A stretch of 62,982 nucleotides of DNA, filler included. It is 5 parts of 5 records of this genome, joined end to end, with 100 filler letters (N's around TTAATTAATTAA, not from the genome) between each part and the next. Parts side by side here need not be neighbours in the genome. Positions count along the whole stretch, not along the records: positions 1 to 15,413 come from SRR2962707_3160; 4 more parts are not named here. One strand, written 5' to 3'. The notes beneath the pieces are model-generated. The model was not told the DNA's origin. It was given only the letters and a program-made list of their open reading frames with translations, and made no database searches. Shown here one piece after another: positions 1-9,771 of this stretch (positions within the stretch are counted from its first letter, which is position 1; each line of letters begins with the position of its first letter). The position numbers were made by a program, and so were the translations under genes.

Positions 1-1
1 T

Positions 2-1195
2 TTCCGCGACGAAGACCCGCGCGCCGACCGGTCGCCGACAGATTTCTACCAGCTCGACCTCGAGATGTCCTTTGTTGAGCAGCAGGACGTGTTCGACACG
101 ATCCAGCCCGTGCTGACCGGTATTTTTGAGGAATTCGGCGGTGGTAAAGCCGTTGATCAGGAATGGCCGCAGATTTCCTATAAGGACGCGGCGCTTTGGT
201 ATGGATCGGACAAGCCCGACCTGCGCAACCCGATCAAGATGCAGGTTGTATCCGAACATTTCGCGGGCTCAGGCTTTGCGATCTTTGCCAAGCTGCTTGA
301 GCAAGAAGGCACGCAAATCCGCGCAATTCCTGCGCCGACCGGTGGCTCGCGCAAGTTCTGTGACCGCATGAACGCCTTTGCGCAAAAAGAAGGACTGCCC
401 GGCATGGGCTATATCTTCTGGCGCGAAAAGACCGCCGATAGCGTCGCACAAGAGCTGGGTATTCCGGTGAAAGAAGCCCAAGCCAAGCTGAAATCCGGCG
501 AAGTCGAAGGCGGTATGGAAGCGGCAGGCCCACTGGCCAAGAACATCGGGCCAGAGCGCACCGAAGCGATCCGCCAGCAGCTTGGCCTGTCGGTCGGGGA
601 TGCTGCGTTCTTCCTTGGTGGCAAGCCCAAGGCGTTCGAAGGCGTCGCAGGACGTGCGCGCAATGTCATCGGTTCCGAACTGGGGCTGACGGACGAAAAC
701 CGTTTTGCCTTTGCATGGATCGTCGATTTCCCGATCTACGAGAAAGACGCAGAATCCGGCAAAATCGACTTTGAACACAACCCGTTCTCCATGCCCCAAG
801 GTGGTATGGACGCGCTGATGGGCGATCCACTTGAAGTGCTTGGTTACCAATACGACTTGGCCTGTAACGGTTATGAGCTGGTGTCCGGTGCGATCCGGAA
901 CCACAAGCCAGAGATCATGTTCAAAGCGTTTGAAATCGCAGGCTACGGCAAGGAAGAAGTCGAAAAACGTTTCGGCGGCATGGTTAACGCCTTCCAATAC
1001 GGTGCTCCGCCCCACGGTGGTTGCGCCGCTGGTATCGACCGCATCGTGATGTTGCTGGCCGAGGAAGCGAACATTCGCGAAGTGATCTTGTTCCCGATGA
1101 ACCAGCGCGCCGAAGACCTGATGATGAACGCGCCGAATGATCCAATGCCCGACCAACTGATGGAACTTGGCCTGCGGGTTATCCCACAAGATTAA
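2..1195 (+). CDS. aspS: Aspartate--tRNA ligase, C-terminal part (5' end lies outside the window)
   Basis: Frame is open from nt 2 ([22 protein letters not shown], class II motif 2); YGSDKPDLR; motif 3 [14 protein letters not shown]. Confidence 0.97.
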   Translation, partial: FRDEDPRADRSPTDFYQLDLEMSFVEQQDVFDTIQPVLTGIFEEFGGGKAVDQEWPQISYKDAALWYGSDKPDLRNPIKMQVVSEHFAGSGFAIFAKLLEQEGTQIRAIPAPTGGSRKFCDRMNAFAQKEGLPGMGYIFWREKTADSVAQELGIPVKEAQAKLKSGEVEGGMEAAGPLAKNIGPERTEAIRQQLGLSVGDAAFFLGGKPKAFEGVAGRARNVIGSELGLTDENRFAFAWIVDFPIYEKDAESGKIDFEHNPFSMPQGGMDALMGDPLEVLGYQYDLACNGYELVSGAIRNHKPEIMFKAFEIAGYGKEEVEKRFGGMVNAFQYGAPPHGGCAAGIDRIVMLLAEEANIREVILFPMNQRAEDLMMNAPNDPMPDQLMELGLRVIPQD

Positions 1196-1213
1196 GCAAG
1201 CAGAATAGACCTG

Positions 1214-1252
1214 AAAAAGCCCGCTATCGGTTGTCCGATAGCGGGCTTTTTT
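1214..1252. terminator. Bidirectional intrinsic terminator
   Basis: AAAAAGCCCGCTATCGG-TTGT-CCGATAGCGGGCTTTTTT perfect hairpin with A/T tails, just after the aspS stop. Confidence 0.9.
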
Positions 1253-1360
1253 ATGGCCGGTCCTAGTCAGATGTCAGCCGCACGCGTTTCGGTGTCAAAG
1301 GGAAAACCTGACATCATGGTGACATCGCCACGACGTTCGGGGCAAAATGCGAGGGATGGT

Positions 1361-1537
1361 TCAGAGCAGTGCAGTGGCAATCTGGAGTGTCGCCTCGGGC
1401 GCGGTGTCGGTGATACGTGCGTGGATAAACGCCAATCCGACAATCGCAACGCCCACCACATTCGCCATCAAAACGACCCAGTCCAGACGGGTTTCACTCC
1501 GGTATACCCTGCACGCCGTTTTGAAGTTGACCAGCAT
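1361..1537 (-). CDS. Small membrane protein resembling a degenerate Flp/Tad-type pilin
   Basis: AGGAG RBS before ATG at 1537; LDWVVLMANVVGVAIVG resembles the VDWVVLTAAIVGL segment of Rhodobacteraceae pilin-like proteins. Confidence 0.45.
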   Translation of the reverse strand: MLVNFKTACRVYRSETRLDWVVLMANVVGVAIVGLAFIHARITDTAPEATLQIATALL

Positions 1538-1690
1538 ATGTCGGGCTCCTTTGACGCCAAGCGGGCTCATTCGGGACAATGGTGCAGGCGCTTTGTGTCC
1601 AAACTTTGGTCAGATTATGTGCTGTCGTTGACAAGCCTCTTGAATTTTACAGGCTTGGCGTTCGGATCGGTTGGTCATAACGTGATGCTT

Positions 1691-2416
1691 ATGACTGATA
1701 ATGCATCCAACTCTCCGCCGCTTGGATTTCCTGTACCGGATTTCGTCGCCCCACCTTTGCCGCCGCGCGAGGGGATTGTGGGAAAATATGTAAAACTGGA
1801 ACCACTTACCGCGCATGCCCATGCGGCGGTCTTGTTCAGTGCATTCGAAGGGCAGGATCATCTGTGGCATTATATGTACGATGGTCCGTTTTCGTCTTCG
1901 GCGCAGTTTCATCGCTGGGTGCGTGAAACCGAGACACGGGATGACCCGTTCTTTTATGCGATCAAGAACCTTGAGACGGGACGTTGGGAAGGTGTCGCAA
2001 GTTACCTGCGCATTGCCCCGGCTGCCGGTTCGATCGAGGTCGGTTCAATTACCTTTAGCCCTGCATTGCAACGCACACGCGCCGCGACCGAGGCGATGTA
2101 TCTGATGATGGAATGGGCGTTTGATACAGGATATCGGCGCTATGAATGGAAGTGCAATGCGCTGAATATGCCGTCGCGGCGGGCTGCGCAACGTCTGGGC
2201 TTCAGCTACGAGGGCATCTTTCGCCAAGCAGCTGTCGTGAAAGGGCGCAACCGGGACACCGCTTGGTTTGCGGCTATTGATACAGAGTGGTCAGCCCTGA
2301 AAGAGGCGTTTGGCACATGGCTTGCGCCGGGCAATTTCGACGCCGATGGCCAGCAACGCGAGAGCCTGTCGGACCTGACCCGATTGGTGCGCGTGGCAAG
2401 CGACCCGGATGTCTAG
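1691..2416 (+). CDS. GNAT family (RimJ/RimL-like) N-acetyltransferase
   Basis: GSIEVG, GYRRYEWKC, SRRAAQRLGFSYEGIFRQ, GRNRDTAW motifs; likely start MTDNASN. Confidence 0.9.
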   Translation: MTDNASNSPPLGFPVPDFVAPPLPPREGIVGKYVKLEPLTAHAHAAVLFSAFEGQDHLWHYMYDGPFSSSAQFHRWVRETETRDDPFFYAIKNLETGRWEGVASYLRIAPAAGSIEVGSITFSPALQRTRAATEAMYLMMEWAFDTGYRRYEWKCNALNMPSRRAAQRLGFSYEGIFRQAAVVKGRNRDTAWFAAIDTEWSALKEAFGTWLAPGNFDADGQQRESLSDLTRLVRVASDPDV

Positions 2417-2427
2417 GACTGGTCGGT

Positions 2428-3147
2428 TTAAATAGCGATACGCTGCGACAGCCGGTTCTGGACCAACCCTGCAATGGCGGCCCTTTCGGTCTCTGCCGAT
2501 TGCCCCAATGCACGCTTTTCGGCCAAGGCAAGGGCGGCTTGTTCCAGCGCAGTGTCGCACGCGCTGCGCGCAACGCCGCCCAGAAACTGCGCAACATAAT
2601 CCAGCGTAACGGTGTCACCGATATCATCCAGTACATCCGCAATATGGGCCATGTCATCTTGATAAGCGATTTCGTCGGGCTCGACCGTTTCATCTGCCAA
2701 GGTGCGAACCCCCTTGGGTTGGCGATCAGCGGGCAGGACGGACAGAACGCTTTGTTGGAACTGCGCCAATGAATTCAAAGGTTTTTCAATAAACCCGTCG
2801 GCACCCGCAGCAATCGCATCAGCGGCCAGATGTGTATCACCTGAGATGGCCAGTATCGCATCAACACGTTGTTGCGCCCGCGACAGTTCCTGTATCAGGT
2901 CTATGCCATTTCCGTCCGGCAGGCCCAGATCGGTAATCACCACGGACGGGCGGTAGACCTGCAAATGCCGGCGCGCTGCACGGATGCAATCTGCCCGTCT
3001 GATCCGCGCGCCGGACCGCAGGCAAAGCAGGCGCATCGCCTCGCAGGCGTAACGGCTGTCTTCGATCACCAAGACCGTCAGCCCCAGCAAGGGCCGTTCG
3101 GCCGTAGGGCTAGGAAGGGTGTCTGTCTGTAGGCCCAGTTTGTCCAT
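2428..3147 (-). CDS. Response regulator (REC domain plus helical C-terminal domain)
   Basis: VLVIEDS, ITDLGLPDG, AISG, GADGFIEKP receiver motifs. Confidence 0.85.
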   Translation of the reverse strand: MDKLGLQTDTLPSPTAERPLLGLTVLVIEDSRYACEAMRLLCLRSGARIRRADCIRAARRHLQVYRPSVVITDLGLPDGNGIDLIQELSRAQQRVDAILAISGDTHLAADAIAAGADGFIEKPLNSLAQFQQSVLSVLPADRQPKGVRTLADETVEPDEIAYQDDMAHIADVLDDIGDTVTLDYVAQFLGGVARSACDTALEQAALALAEKRALGQSAETERAAIAGLVQNRLSQRIAI

Positions 3148-3290
3148 ATTCTCTTTCTCCTAACAGTCCCACGACCTTGATGGGACTATGGTTAGGCCTG
3201 CTTGGCTAATACGACGTTAACGTGACGCATTGCCCTTGGGCCAAACCCGGCCCATAAACTGGCAACATTTAGGAAAGCAGGAGAAGTAAG

Positions 3291-3695
3291 ATGATCGGCC
3301 GTCTCAACCACGTAGCAATTGCTGTGCCAGATTTGGAAGCCGCTGCAGACCAGTACCGGAATGCGCTTGGTGCCAATGTTGGCCCCGCGCAGGATGAACC
3401 CGATCATGGCGTAACCGTCATTTTCATTGAACTGCCGAACACCAAAATCGAACTGCTATACCCGTTGGGTGACGACAGCCCGATCAACGGGTTTCTGGAA
3501 AAGAACCCCGCCGGCGGGATTCATCACATCTGTTACGAAGTCGACGATATCATCGCGGCCCGTGATCACCTGAAAGCCACCGGCGCGCGTGTTCTTGGCA
3601 ACGGCGAACCCAAGATCGGTGCCCATGGAAAACCGGTGATTTTCTTGCACCCCAAAGACTTTAACGGTGCGCTGGTCGAGCTGGAGCAGGTGTAA
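3291..3695 (+). CDS. mce: Methylmalonyl-CoA epimerase
   Basis: LNHVAIAV, KIELL, GIHHICYEV, FLHPKD..G.LVELEQ; AGGAG RBS. Confidence 0.95.
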   Translation: MIGRLNHVAIAVPDLEAAADQYRNALGANVGPAQDEPDHGVTVIFIELPNTKIELLYPLGDDSPINGFLEKNPAGGIHHICYEVDDIIAARDHLKATGARVLGNGEPKIGAHGKPVIFLHPKDFNGALVELEQV

Positions 3696-3697
3696 CC

Positions 3698-3991
3698 ATG
3701 GGTGTCACATCAGCGTTTGTTCTGTTTGCCGTTATCTGGGCGATGATCTTTATGATCGCGCTGCCCATTCGGGTGAAAACCCAAGGGGATCTGGGCGAGA
3801 TCGTAGAAGGTACGCACGCGGGCGCGCCCGAGCAACATCACCTCAAGAAAAAGGCATGGTGGACCACGGGTATCACGCTGGTGCTGTGGGCGTTCACCGT
3901 CTGGTTCATCCTGTCGGGTATCGTCACCGTGGCGGATATTGAACATTGGCTGCATGGGGATCTGACACCAATTGGTGGAACAGATGGGTAA
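3698..3991 (+). CDS. DUF1467 family membrane protein
   Basis: Hydrophobic N-terminus, ALP...GT..GAP...KKKAWWTT pattern; typical position after mce. Confidence 0.8.
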   Translation: MGVTSAFVLFAVIWAMIFMIALPIRVKTQGDLGEIVEGTHAGAPEQHHLKKKAWWTTGITLVLWAFTVWFILSGIVTVADIEHWLHGDLTPIGGTDG

Positions 3992-4658
3992 ATGTCGCCG
4001 CCCCTAATATAGGGATAACAAGGTTCAGCAGGGGAACAGAAAGCGGCATCGCCATCAGTACCCCTGCAGCCCAGATCGTGGCCATATGCTTGCGTCTGAG
4101 CTGTTTTGCCCGGCTGCGCCCTACACGGCGGATGGCGGCAAGCGTGAAATATTCACGGCCCAGCAAAAACCCGTTCACCGCCCAAAAAATCAGCGGCGCA
4201 AGCGGGGCAAAGATGATGTAAAAAATCAGCGCGATCAGGTTCACCCCGATCAGCACGCCCATGAAATTGACGGTATCTCGCAGCGCATCACCAAATGATA
4301 CATGGTTTGCGGGGGGCAGGTGTGGGTAATGTTCGGCTTCGACCGCATCGGCCACGTCATCCAGAAACATCGACGTGATCGCCGATGCAACGGGTATCAT
4401 CAAGAACACCGACAGCCCCATCAGCAGCAGCCCGGCACCCCAGCTGAACAGATCATCCAGCCAGGTGACCTCGCCCAGCAGGGGGATCGAGGTCATGTCG
4501 CCCGTTAACCATCCGACAAACCAGACGAAGGCCGCGGCGATGCCGATCAGCAAAAGCAAGGCCAAGCCGATGCCTTTCGCCAGTACCCCGCGAAAACGCG
4601 GGTCGGTCAATTGGCCTAACGCAAGGCCAATCGCCTGAAATATCTGCGTTATAGCCAT
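3924..4658 (-). CDS. EI24/CysZ-like membrane protein
   Basis: FLDDVADAVEAEHYP, NGFLLGREYF, PLLNL..P motifs; several TM segments. Confidence 0.85.
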   Translation of the reverse strand: MAITQIFQAIGLALGQLTDPRFRGVLAKGIGLALLLLIGIAAAFVWFVGWLTGDMTSIPLLGEVTWLDDLFSWGAGLLLMGLSVFLMIPVASAITSMFLDDVADAVEAEHYPHLPPANHVSFGDALRDTVNFMGVLIGVNLIALIFYIIFAPLAPLIFWAVNGFLLGREYFTLAAIRRVGRSRAKQLRRKHMATIWAAGVLMAMPLSVPLLNLVIPILGAATFTHLFHQLVSDPHAANVQYPPR

Positions 4659-5221
4659 GTGGTTAATGCAGCAACGTCGGGACGTGGGCGTTCTGGCGGG
4701 GCAGCGGTTTCAGTTCCGATATGGATGATCCCGGCGATGCGTTCATGTTCGGCCAATCCAAAACCCTTTTCCATAAAGTCACGGTCGTGGCTGACCCAAC
4801 CGCTCAGCCAATTTGCGCCCCAGCCCGCAGCCAGTGCCGCGTTTGTCAGCGCAAGGCACACGGCACCGGCGGAATATGTCTGCTCGAGCGGGGGAACCTT
4901 TGGCGACGGTTTTTGCACCTCGACCACGACGACGGCCAGATGGCCCTGATCAAACTGGCCGCGGCCCTTTTGAACTTGCATGGGATCAAGGTTCAATGCC
5001 TCGCCACGGGCCTGTGCGATGTCTGCCAAACGGCCCATCGCGGGCTTGTCGATCACGATAAAGCGCCACGGCTCAAGCTTGCCATGGTCGGGGGTGCGTG
5101 CGGCAGCTGTCAGCAGGGGCAGCAGCGTGTCACGGTCCGGTACGGGGGTGGTCAGCGTCTTGGCCGGGCGGGACCGGCGGGTTTGCAAAAAATGCAGCGC
5201 GTCTGGGTTTGGTGTCGGCAT
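4649..5221 (-). CDS. Nitroreductase family protein (YdjA-like)
   Basis: TRRS, PDHGKLEPWRF, GWGANWLSGW. Confidence 0.92.
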   Translation of the reverse strand: MPTPNPDALHFLQTRRSRPAKTLTTPVPDRDTLLPLLTAAARTPDHGKLEPWRFIVIDKPAMGRLADIAQARGEALNLDPMQVQKGRGQFDQGHLAVVVVEVQKPSPKVPPLEQTYSAGAVCLALTNAALAAGWGANWLSGWVSHDRDFMEKGFGLAEHERIAGIIHIGTETAAPPERPRPDVAALTTWL

Positions 5222-5450
5222 GAGGTCTCTCTTGTAGGTTCAGATCTTGCGCCATTACATCAATGGCATCGCGCAGGACGGCGTCAAATTGAGGGCTGGG
5301 CTGGCGGATATGATGGTTCTCCGCATGCGGATCTGGCACGATGGTATCACTGTCTGCGAGGGCTGCAATGCTAGCGTGGCCACAGAACGGGACATAGATT
5401 TCTAGATAGGTATCTTCGTGGGCCAATACCAGCCCGCCGATACGCCTCAT
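5130..5450 (-). CDS. Possible small hypothetical protein
   Basis: ORF fills the gap between the VOC and nitroreductase genes, but overlaps the nitroreductase 5' end by about 90 nt; no recognised domain. Confidence 0.25.
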   Translation of the reverse strand: MRRIGGLVLAHEDTYLEIYVPFCGHASIAALADSDTIVPDPHAENHHIRQPSPQFDAVLRDAIDVMAQDLNLQERPHADTKPRRAAFFANPPVPPGQDADHPRTGP

Positions 5451-5529
5451 GCGGGCAAAGTTGCCGTCCGCCCCCAAGAATGGCGTCTGTCTGAAACCCG
5501 ATCAAGCTTTGCAGGAGAGTCAGCGATGC

Positions 5530-6003
5530 TTAGGCAGGCGCTTCGGCAAGCAATGCGTCAAGGTCCAGCGGTCGGTTTGACATCATAAGCGTGCCATCCG
5601 CGTCGCGTGGCCAGTCGCTTTGAGGCCGGTCACGATACAACTCGACCCCGTTGTTATCAGGGTCGCGCAGATATATCGCCTCGCTCACGCCATGGTCCGC
5701 AGCCCCGTCAAGCGCGATGCCCGCCTGCATGATACGTTTAAGTGCCGTCGCAAGAGCCGCGCGGTCAGGATAGAGGAACGCAGCGTGGTACAACCCGGTA
5801 TGTCCGGCAGGGGGTGGCGTGCCGCCCGCGCTTTCCCAGGTGTTTAGGCCGATATGGTGATGATACCCGCCAGCCCCCAAAAAGGCTGCTTGGTCGCCGT
5901 ATCTCTGGGTTAAATCAAAGCCCAGAATATCGCGGTAAAAAGAAATCGCGCGATCCAGATCGGCGACTTTTAGGTGAACGTGGCCAATCGTTGCGTGGGT
6001 CAT
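5530..6003 (-). CDS. VOC/glyoxalase family protein (CatE-like N-terminal domain)
   Basis: IGHVHLKV, GGYHHHIGLNTW, GLYHAA, DHGVSEAIYLRDPD.NGVELY. Confidence 0.9.
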   Translation of the reverse strand: MTHATIGHVHLKVADLDRAISFYRDILGFDLTQRYGDQAAFLGAGGYHHHIGLNTWESAGGTPPPAGHTGLYHAAFLYPDRAALATALKRIMQAGIALDGAADHGVSEAIYLRDPDNNGVELYRDRPQSDWPRDADGTLMMSNRPLDLDALLAEAPA

Positions 6004-6186
6004 ACGGTGTCCTTTCTTCGTCAGGTTTGGCCTGACTAGAATGTAACCTACCACCTTACTTTGCCACAGCCGTTACCGCGCACCGCCTGTGCGAATATGC
6101 ATCACACCATGCAAAGGCGATATTCTACGGACCCGCAAGATGCCCGTTCACGGAAAATGGGGTGTGCGCGTAAAAAGGTCCGCGCG

Positions 6187-7209
6187 TTACCCGACCATTC
6201 CGACGATCTCGTAGGTTTTCTTGAGGATCGGCGCGGTGATTTCGCGCGCCTGGGTCGCACCATGGGCAAGGATGCGGTCGATCTCGGCGGTGTCGGCCAT
6301 CAGTTCGGCCATGCGGGTGCTGATCGGCGACATCTTGGCCACGGCGAGATCAGCCAACAGGGGTTTGAAGCTGCCGAACTGCTGCCCGCCGACATCGGCA
6401 AGCACCTGTTCAACCGTTTGGTCATTCAACGCGGCATAGATGTTCACAAGGTTCCGCGCTTCGGGGCGATCCTTCAGGCCTTCGATCTCGGATGGCAGCG
6501 CGTCAGGGTCTGTTTTGGCTTTGCGGATTTTCTTGGCAATCGTATCGGCATCGTCAGTCAGATTGATCCGGCTGGCGTCGGACGGGTCAGACTTGGACAT
6601 CTTCTTTGATCCATCGCGCAAGGACATGACCCGCGTCGCGGCCCCTTCGATCACCGGTTCGGTCAACGGAAAGAAATCAACGCCGTAGTCATGGTTGAAC
6701 TTGGTGGCGATGTCGCGGGTCAGCTCCAGATGCTGCTTCTGGTCTTCGCCCACCGGCACATGGGTGGCGTGGTAAATCAGAATATCGGCTGCCATCAACG
6801 CAGGATAGGCGAACAGGCCCAGCGATGCGGCCTCGGCGTTTTTGCCGGCCTTGTCTTTCCACTGGGTCATGCGCCCCATCCAGCCCATGCGCGCCACGCA
6901 ATTGAATATCCACGCAAGCTGCGCGTGTTCGGGCACTTGGGATTGGTTGATCAGGATGGATTTCGCAGGATCAACGCCCGCAGCAATGAAACCGGCAGCG
7001 AGTTCGCGCGTGTTGTGGCGCAAGGTGGCCGGGTCTTGAAGCTTGGCGGTGATCGCATGCAGGTCAACCATGCAATAGACGGTCTGGTATGAGCCTTCGT
7101 CCTGCATGTCTACAAAACGCTTCATCGCGCCCAGATAATTGCCAAGCGTCAGGCCACCGGATGGCTGAATGCCCGAGAACACGCGCGGGGTGAATTGGGT
7201 GTCGGTCAT
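6187..7209 (-). CDS. trpS: Tryptophan--tRNA ligase
   Basis: [35 protein letters not shown]. Confidence 0.98.
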   Translation of the reverse strand: MTDTQFTPRVFSGIQPSGGLTLGNYLGAMKRFVDMQDEGSYQTVYCMVDLHAITAKLQDPATLRHNTRELAAGFIAAGVDPAKSILINQSQVPEHAQLAWIFNCVARMGWMGRMTQWKDKAGKNAEAASLGLFAYPALMAADILIYHATHVPVGEDQKQHLELTRDIATKFNHDYGVDFFPLTEPVIEGAATRVMSLRDGSKKMSKSDPSDASRINLTDDADTIAKKIRKAKTDPDALPSEIEGLKDRPEARNLVNIYAALNDQTVEQVLADVGGQQFGSFKPLLADLAVAKMSPISTRMAELMADTAEIDRILAHGATQAREITAPILKKTYEIVGMVG

Positions 7210-7285
7210 GGCAACGCTCCGATAAGGCTGGAAAAGACGGCACGATGGGCTTATCCATGCGCACCAACCCCGTCAAGGAGGCCCC

Positions 7286-7972
7286 ATGACTGATCCTGAT
7301 TTTCACCCGCCCGTCAACCCGATGCCCGCTGTCGTGACGCTGCTTTTTCTGGCCATCGCAGGCGTCGAGGCGGGTCTGTCCCTTGCCGAGGCTGGCATCA
7401 TCGGTGGCCCCGGTGCCGTTGGATGGCGGCTGGCATTGGTGCGCGATTACGGGTTCTCGAATGAGATTTTCGACTGGATGATCGCGAACTGGCGGTTTCC
7501 GCCCTCCGACGCTTTGCGCGCCGTGAGCTATTCGTTCGTCCATCTGGGGTTCACCCACGCGGTGTTCGCCGTGGTGCTTTTGCTGGCCCTTGGCAAAATG
7601 GTGGCAGAGGCGATGGGGCAAACCGCGTTTTTGCTGATCTTTTTTGCCTCGGGGATCATGGGGGCGGTTGTATATGCGCTGGTGCTGGATGATCCGGTGT
7701 GGCTGGTGGGGGCGTATCCCAATGTCTACGGGCTGATCGGGGCTTATTCTTTTGTGATGTGGCGCAAGCTGGCGAGCCGTGGAGAACAGCAATATCGCGC
7801 GTTTTCACTGATAGCTGTGTTGATGGGAATACAGCTGTTGTGGGGCGTGTTTTTCGAGTCCGGAACGCAATGGCTGGCGGAGTTGTTCGGTTTCTTTGTC
7901 GGCTTTGGACTGTGTTTCGTTCTGGCCCCCGGTGAATGGGCCAAGCTGCGCGGGCGTGTTCGGCATCGTTGA
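7286..7972 (+). CDS. Rhomboid family intramembrane protein
   Basis: Multi-TM, SYSFVH...HA; typical position between trpS and murJ; the catalytic GxSG is not evident (GAYP). Confidence 0.75.
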   Translation: MTDPDFHPPVNPMPAVVTLLFLAIAGVEAGLSLAEAGIIGGPGAVGWRLALVRDYGFSNEIFDWMIANWRFPPSDALRAVSYSFVHLGFTHAVFAVVLLLALGKMVAEAMGQTAFLLIFFASGIMGAVVYALVLDDPVWLVGAYPNVYGLIGAYSFVMWRKLASRGEQQYRAFSLIAVLMGIQLLWGVFFESGTQWLAELFGFFVGFGLCFVLAPGEWAKLRGRVRHR

Positions 7973-7986
7973 TTTTTGACGCAAGG

Positions 7987-8035
7987 CAGGGGGGCCAGCC
8001 CCCCTGACCCCCCGGGATTTTGTACCATTTGGAAA
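7987..8035. repeat. G/C hairpin, REP-like intergenic element
   Basis: CAGGGGGGC-CA-GCCCCCCTG followed by ACCCCCCGGGATTTT, between convergent genes; resembles a dispersed Rhodobacteraceae repeat (from recall). Confidence 0.45.
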
Positions 8036-8042
8036 ACGGGAC

Positions 8043-9635
8043 CTAGCCGCGTTTTAATGCGCCTTTGAATTCACGTAGTTTGAAGGCACCGATGAGCTGG
8101 CCCGTGCCGAAGTAGACAACATTGCCAAGCACGATCAGGATTACCAATCCGATGCCGCGCCACCATGATTGGCCAAGCAACGGCTGCAGCGCGACGTTTG
8201 CAAACCAAAGCGCAATACCCATCGCGGCTGATGCTGCCAGAATGCGCCAGATCCGTTTATGAAACCGGGCGTCGAATTTTGCGGCGAGGCCAAAGCCGCG
8301 TGCGCCAAAGGCGAGCAGACCGAACATGGCCCATCCGGCAAGCGTGGTGGCGATGGCCGGGGCGATCCATCCGATATAGGGGCTAAGGCCCACGGCCAGC
8401 ACCACATTCACGACCATCGCCACGACGGCAAAGTAGAACGGGCGTTTGGTGTCTTCGCGGGCGTAATACAGCGGTTGCAGGATTTTCTGCAGAACGAAAG
8501 CGGGCAGGCCCAGCCCGTATATGGCAACGGCCATTGCGATCGCAGCAGCATCGTCAACTGTTGTTGCGCCGCGTTGGAAAAGTACCGAGGCCAATGTGAA
8601 GGGGATGACCATCAAGGCCACCGCAGAGGGGATTGTAAGGGCAAGGGAAACTTCGGCAGCGCGGCTGATCTGGGTGTGAGAGCCCTGTTCATCCCCAGCC
8701 TTGAGGCGGCGGGACAGGTCGGGCAGCAAGACCACGCCAACGGCAATGCCCACCACGCCCAGCGGCAGTTGGTACAACCGATCAGCGTAGTTGAGCCATG
8801 CCACGGCACCATCGTAAAAGCTGGCCACTTGGCGGCCGACCAGCAGGTTGATCTGCATGACACCGCCAGCAAGGGCGGCCGGGGCCGCGATGATGGCCAG
8901 GCGTTTGAGTTCGGGCGTCATACGGGGGCGTCGGTCGAAGCCCAAAGTAAAGCCCGCGCGTTTGGCAGCCCACCAGACCAGTGCCAGTTGCGCGATGCCC
9001 GCGATGGGGACCGACAATGCCAAGGTATCGCCGATTTGCATGCCAAGGGCTTTGTCGATGCCAATGCCCAACGCCTCTGATCCATCGCGGCCAAGCGCGG
9101 CACCGACAAGAACCGCAATGATGAAGATGATGTTCAGCACAACCGGGGCAGCGGCTGCCGCCATAAAACGGCCCGTGGCGTTAAGCACGCCCGACACGAG
9201 TGCAGCGAGAGAGATGAACAGGATATAGGGAAAGGCAAGCCGCCCATATTCAACGGCCAGATCGAACCGTATGTCGCCCGCAAAGCCCGATGCCATCAAC
9301 AGCACCAGACCGGGCATCGCGATAATGCCAATGATGGTGAATATCGTCAGGATAAAGGCCATGCCGACGAACGCGTCTTGGGCAAATTCCTCGGGGCCTT
9401 CGCCGCTTTCGAGTTTCTTTGAGAACATCGGCACAAAGGCCATGTTGAACGCGCCCTCGGCAAAGAAACGGCGAAACATATTGGGCAGGGAAAAGGCGAC
9501 GAGAAAAGCCTCGGCTGCGGGGCCCGAGCCCAGATAGCCCGCAACCATCACGTCGCGAACGAAACCCATAATGCGGCTTAGAAAGGTCCAGATGCCGACC
9601 GTGAAAAAGCCAGACATCAGTCGGATTGGTTTCAT
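8043..9635 (-). CDS. murJ: Lipid II flippase MurJ
   Basis: SRIMGFVRD, LPNMFRRFFAEGAF, YADRLYQLPLG, YAREDTKRP. Confidence 0.97.
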   Translation of the reverse strand: MKPIRLMSGFFTVGIWTFLSRIMGFVRDVMVAGYLGSGPAAEAFLVAFSLPNMFRRFFAEGAFNMAFVPMFSKKLESGEGPEEFAQDAFVGMAFILTIFTIIGIIAMPGLVLLMASGFAGDIRFDLAVEYGRLAFPYILFISLAALVSGVLNATGRFMAAAAAPVVLNIIFIIAVLVGAALGRDGSEALGIGIDKALGMQIGDTLALSVPIAGIAQLALVWWAAKRAGFTLGFDRRPRMTPELKRLAIIAAPAALAGGVMQINLLVGRQVASFYDGAVAWLNYADRLYQLPLGVVGIAVGVVLLPDLSRRLKAGDEQGSHTQISRAAEVSLALTIPSAVALMVIPFTLASVLFQRGATTVDDAAAIAMAVAIYGLGLPAFVLQKILQPLYYAREDTKRPFYFAVVAMVVNVVLAVGLSPYIGWIAPAIATTLAGWAMFGLLAFGARGFGLAAKFDARFHKRIWRILAASAAMGIALWFANVALQPLLGQSWWRGIGLVILIVLGNVVYFGTGQLIGAFKLREFKGALKRG

Positions 9636-9771
9636 GAGAGTGCTTGCCCTGTGACTGCGATGCAAATGGCGTATCGTTTAGCATCGCATAGCGCAATTGT
9701 TGATATGAGCGCGCGCCCGGCCGCAAACGGAAAACCGCCGGTTCAGTTAGATCAACCTTGCCTGCCGGGTA

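Noticed and set aside
1253-1690. 146-aa N-terminal extension of the GNAT ORF
   Set aside because: Starts at the edge of a terminator, shows no domain-like content and overlaps a better-supported minus-strand ORF; the real start is about 1691
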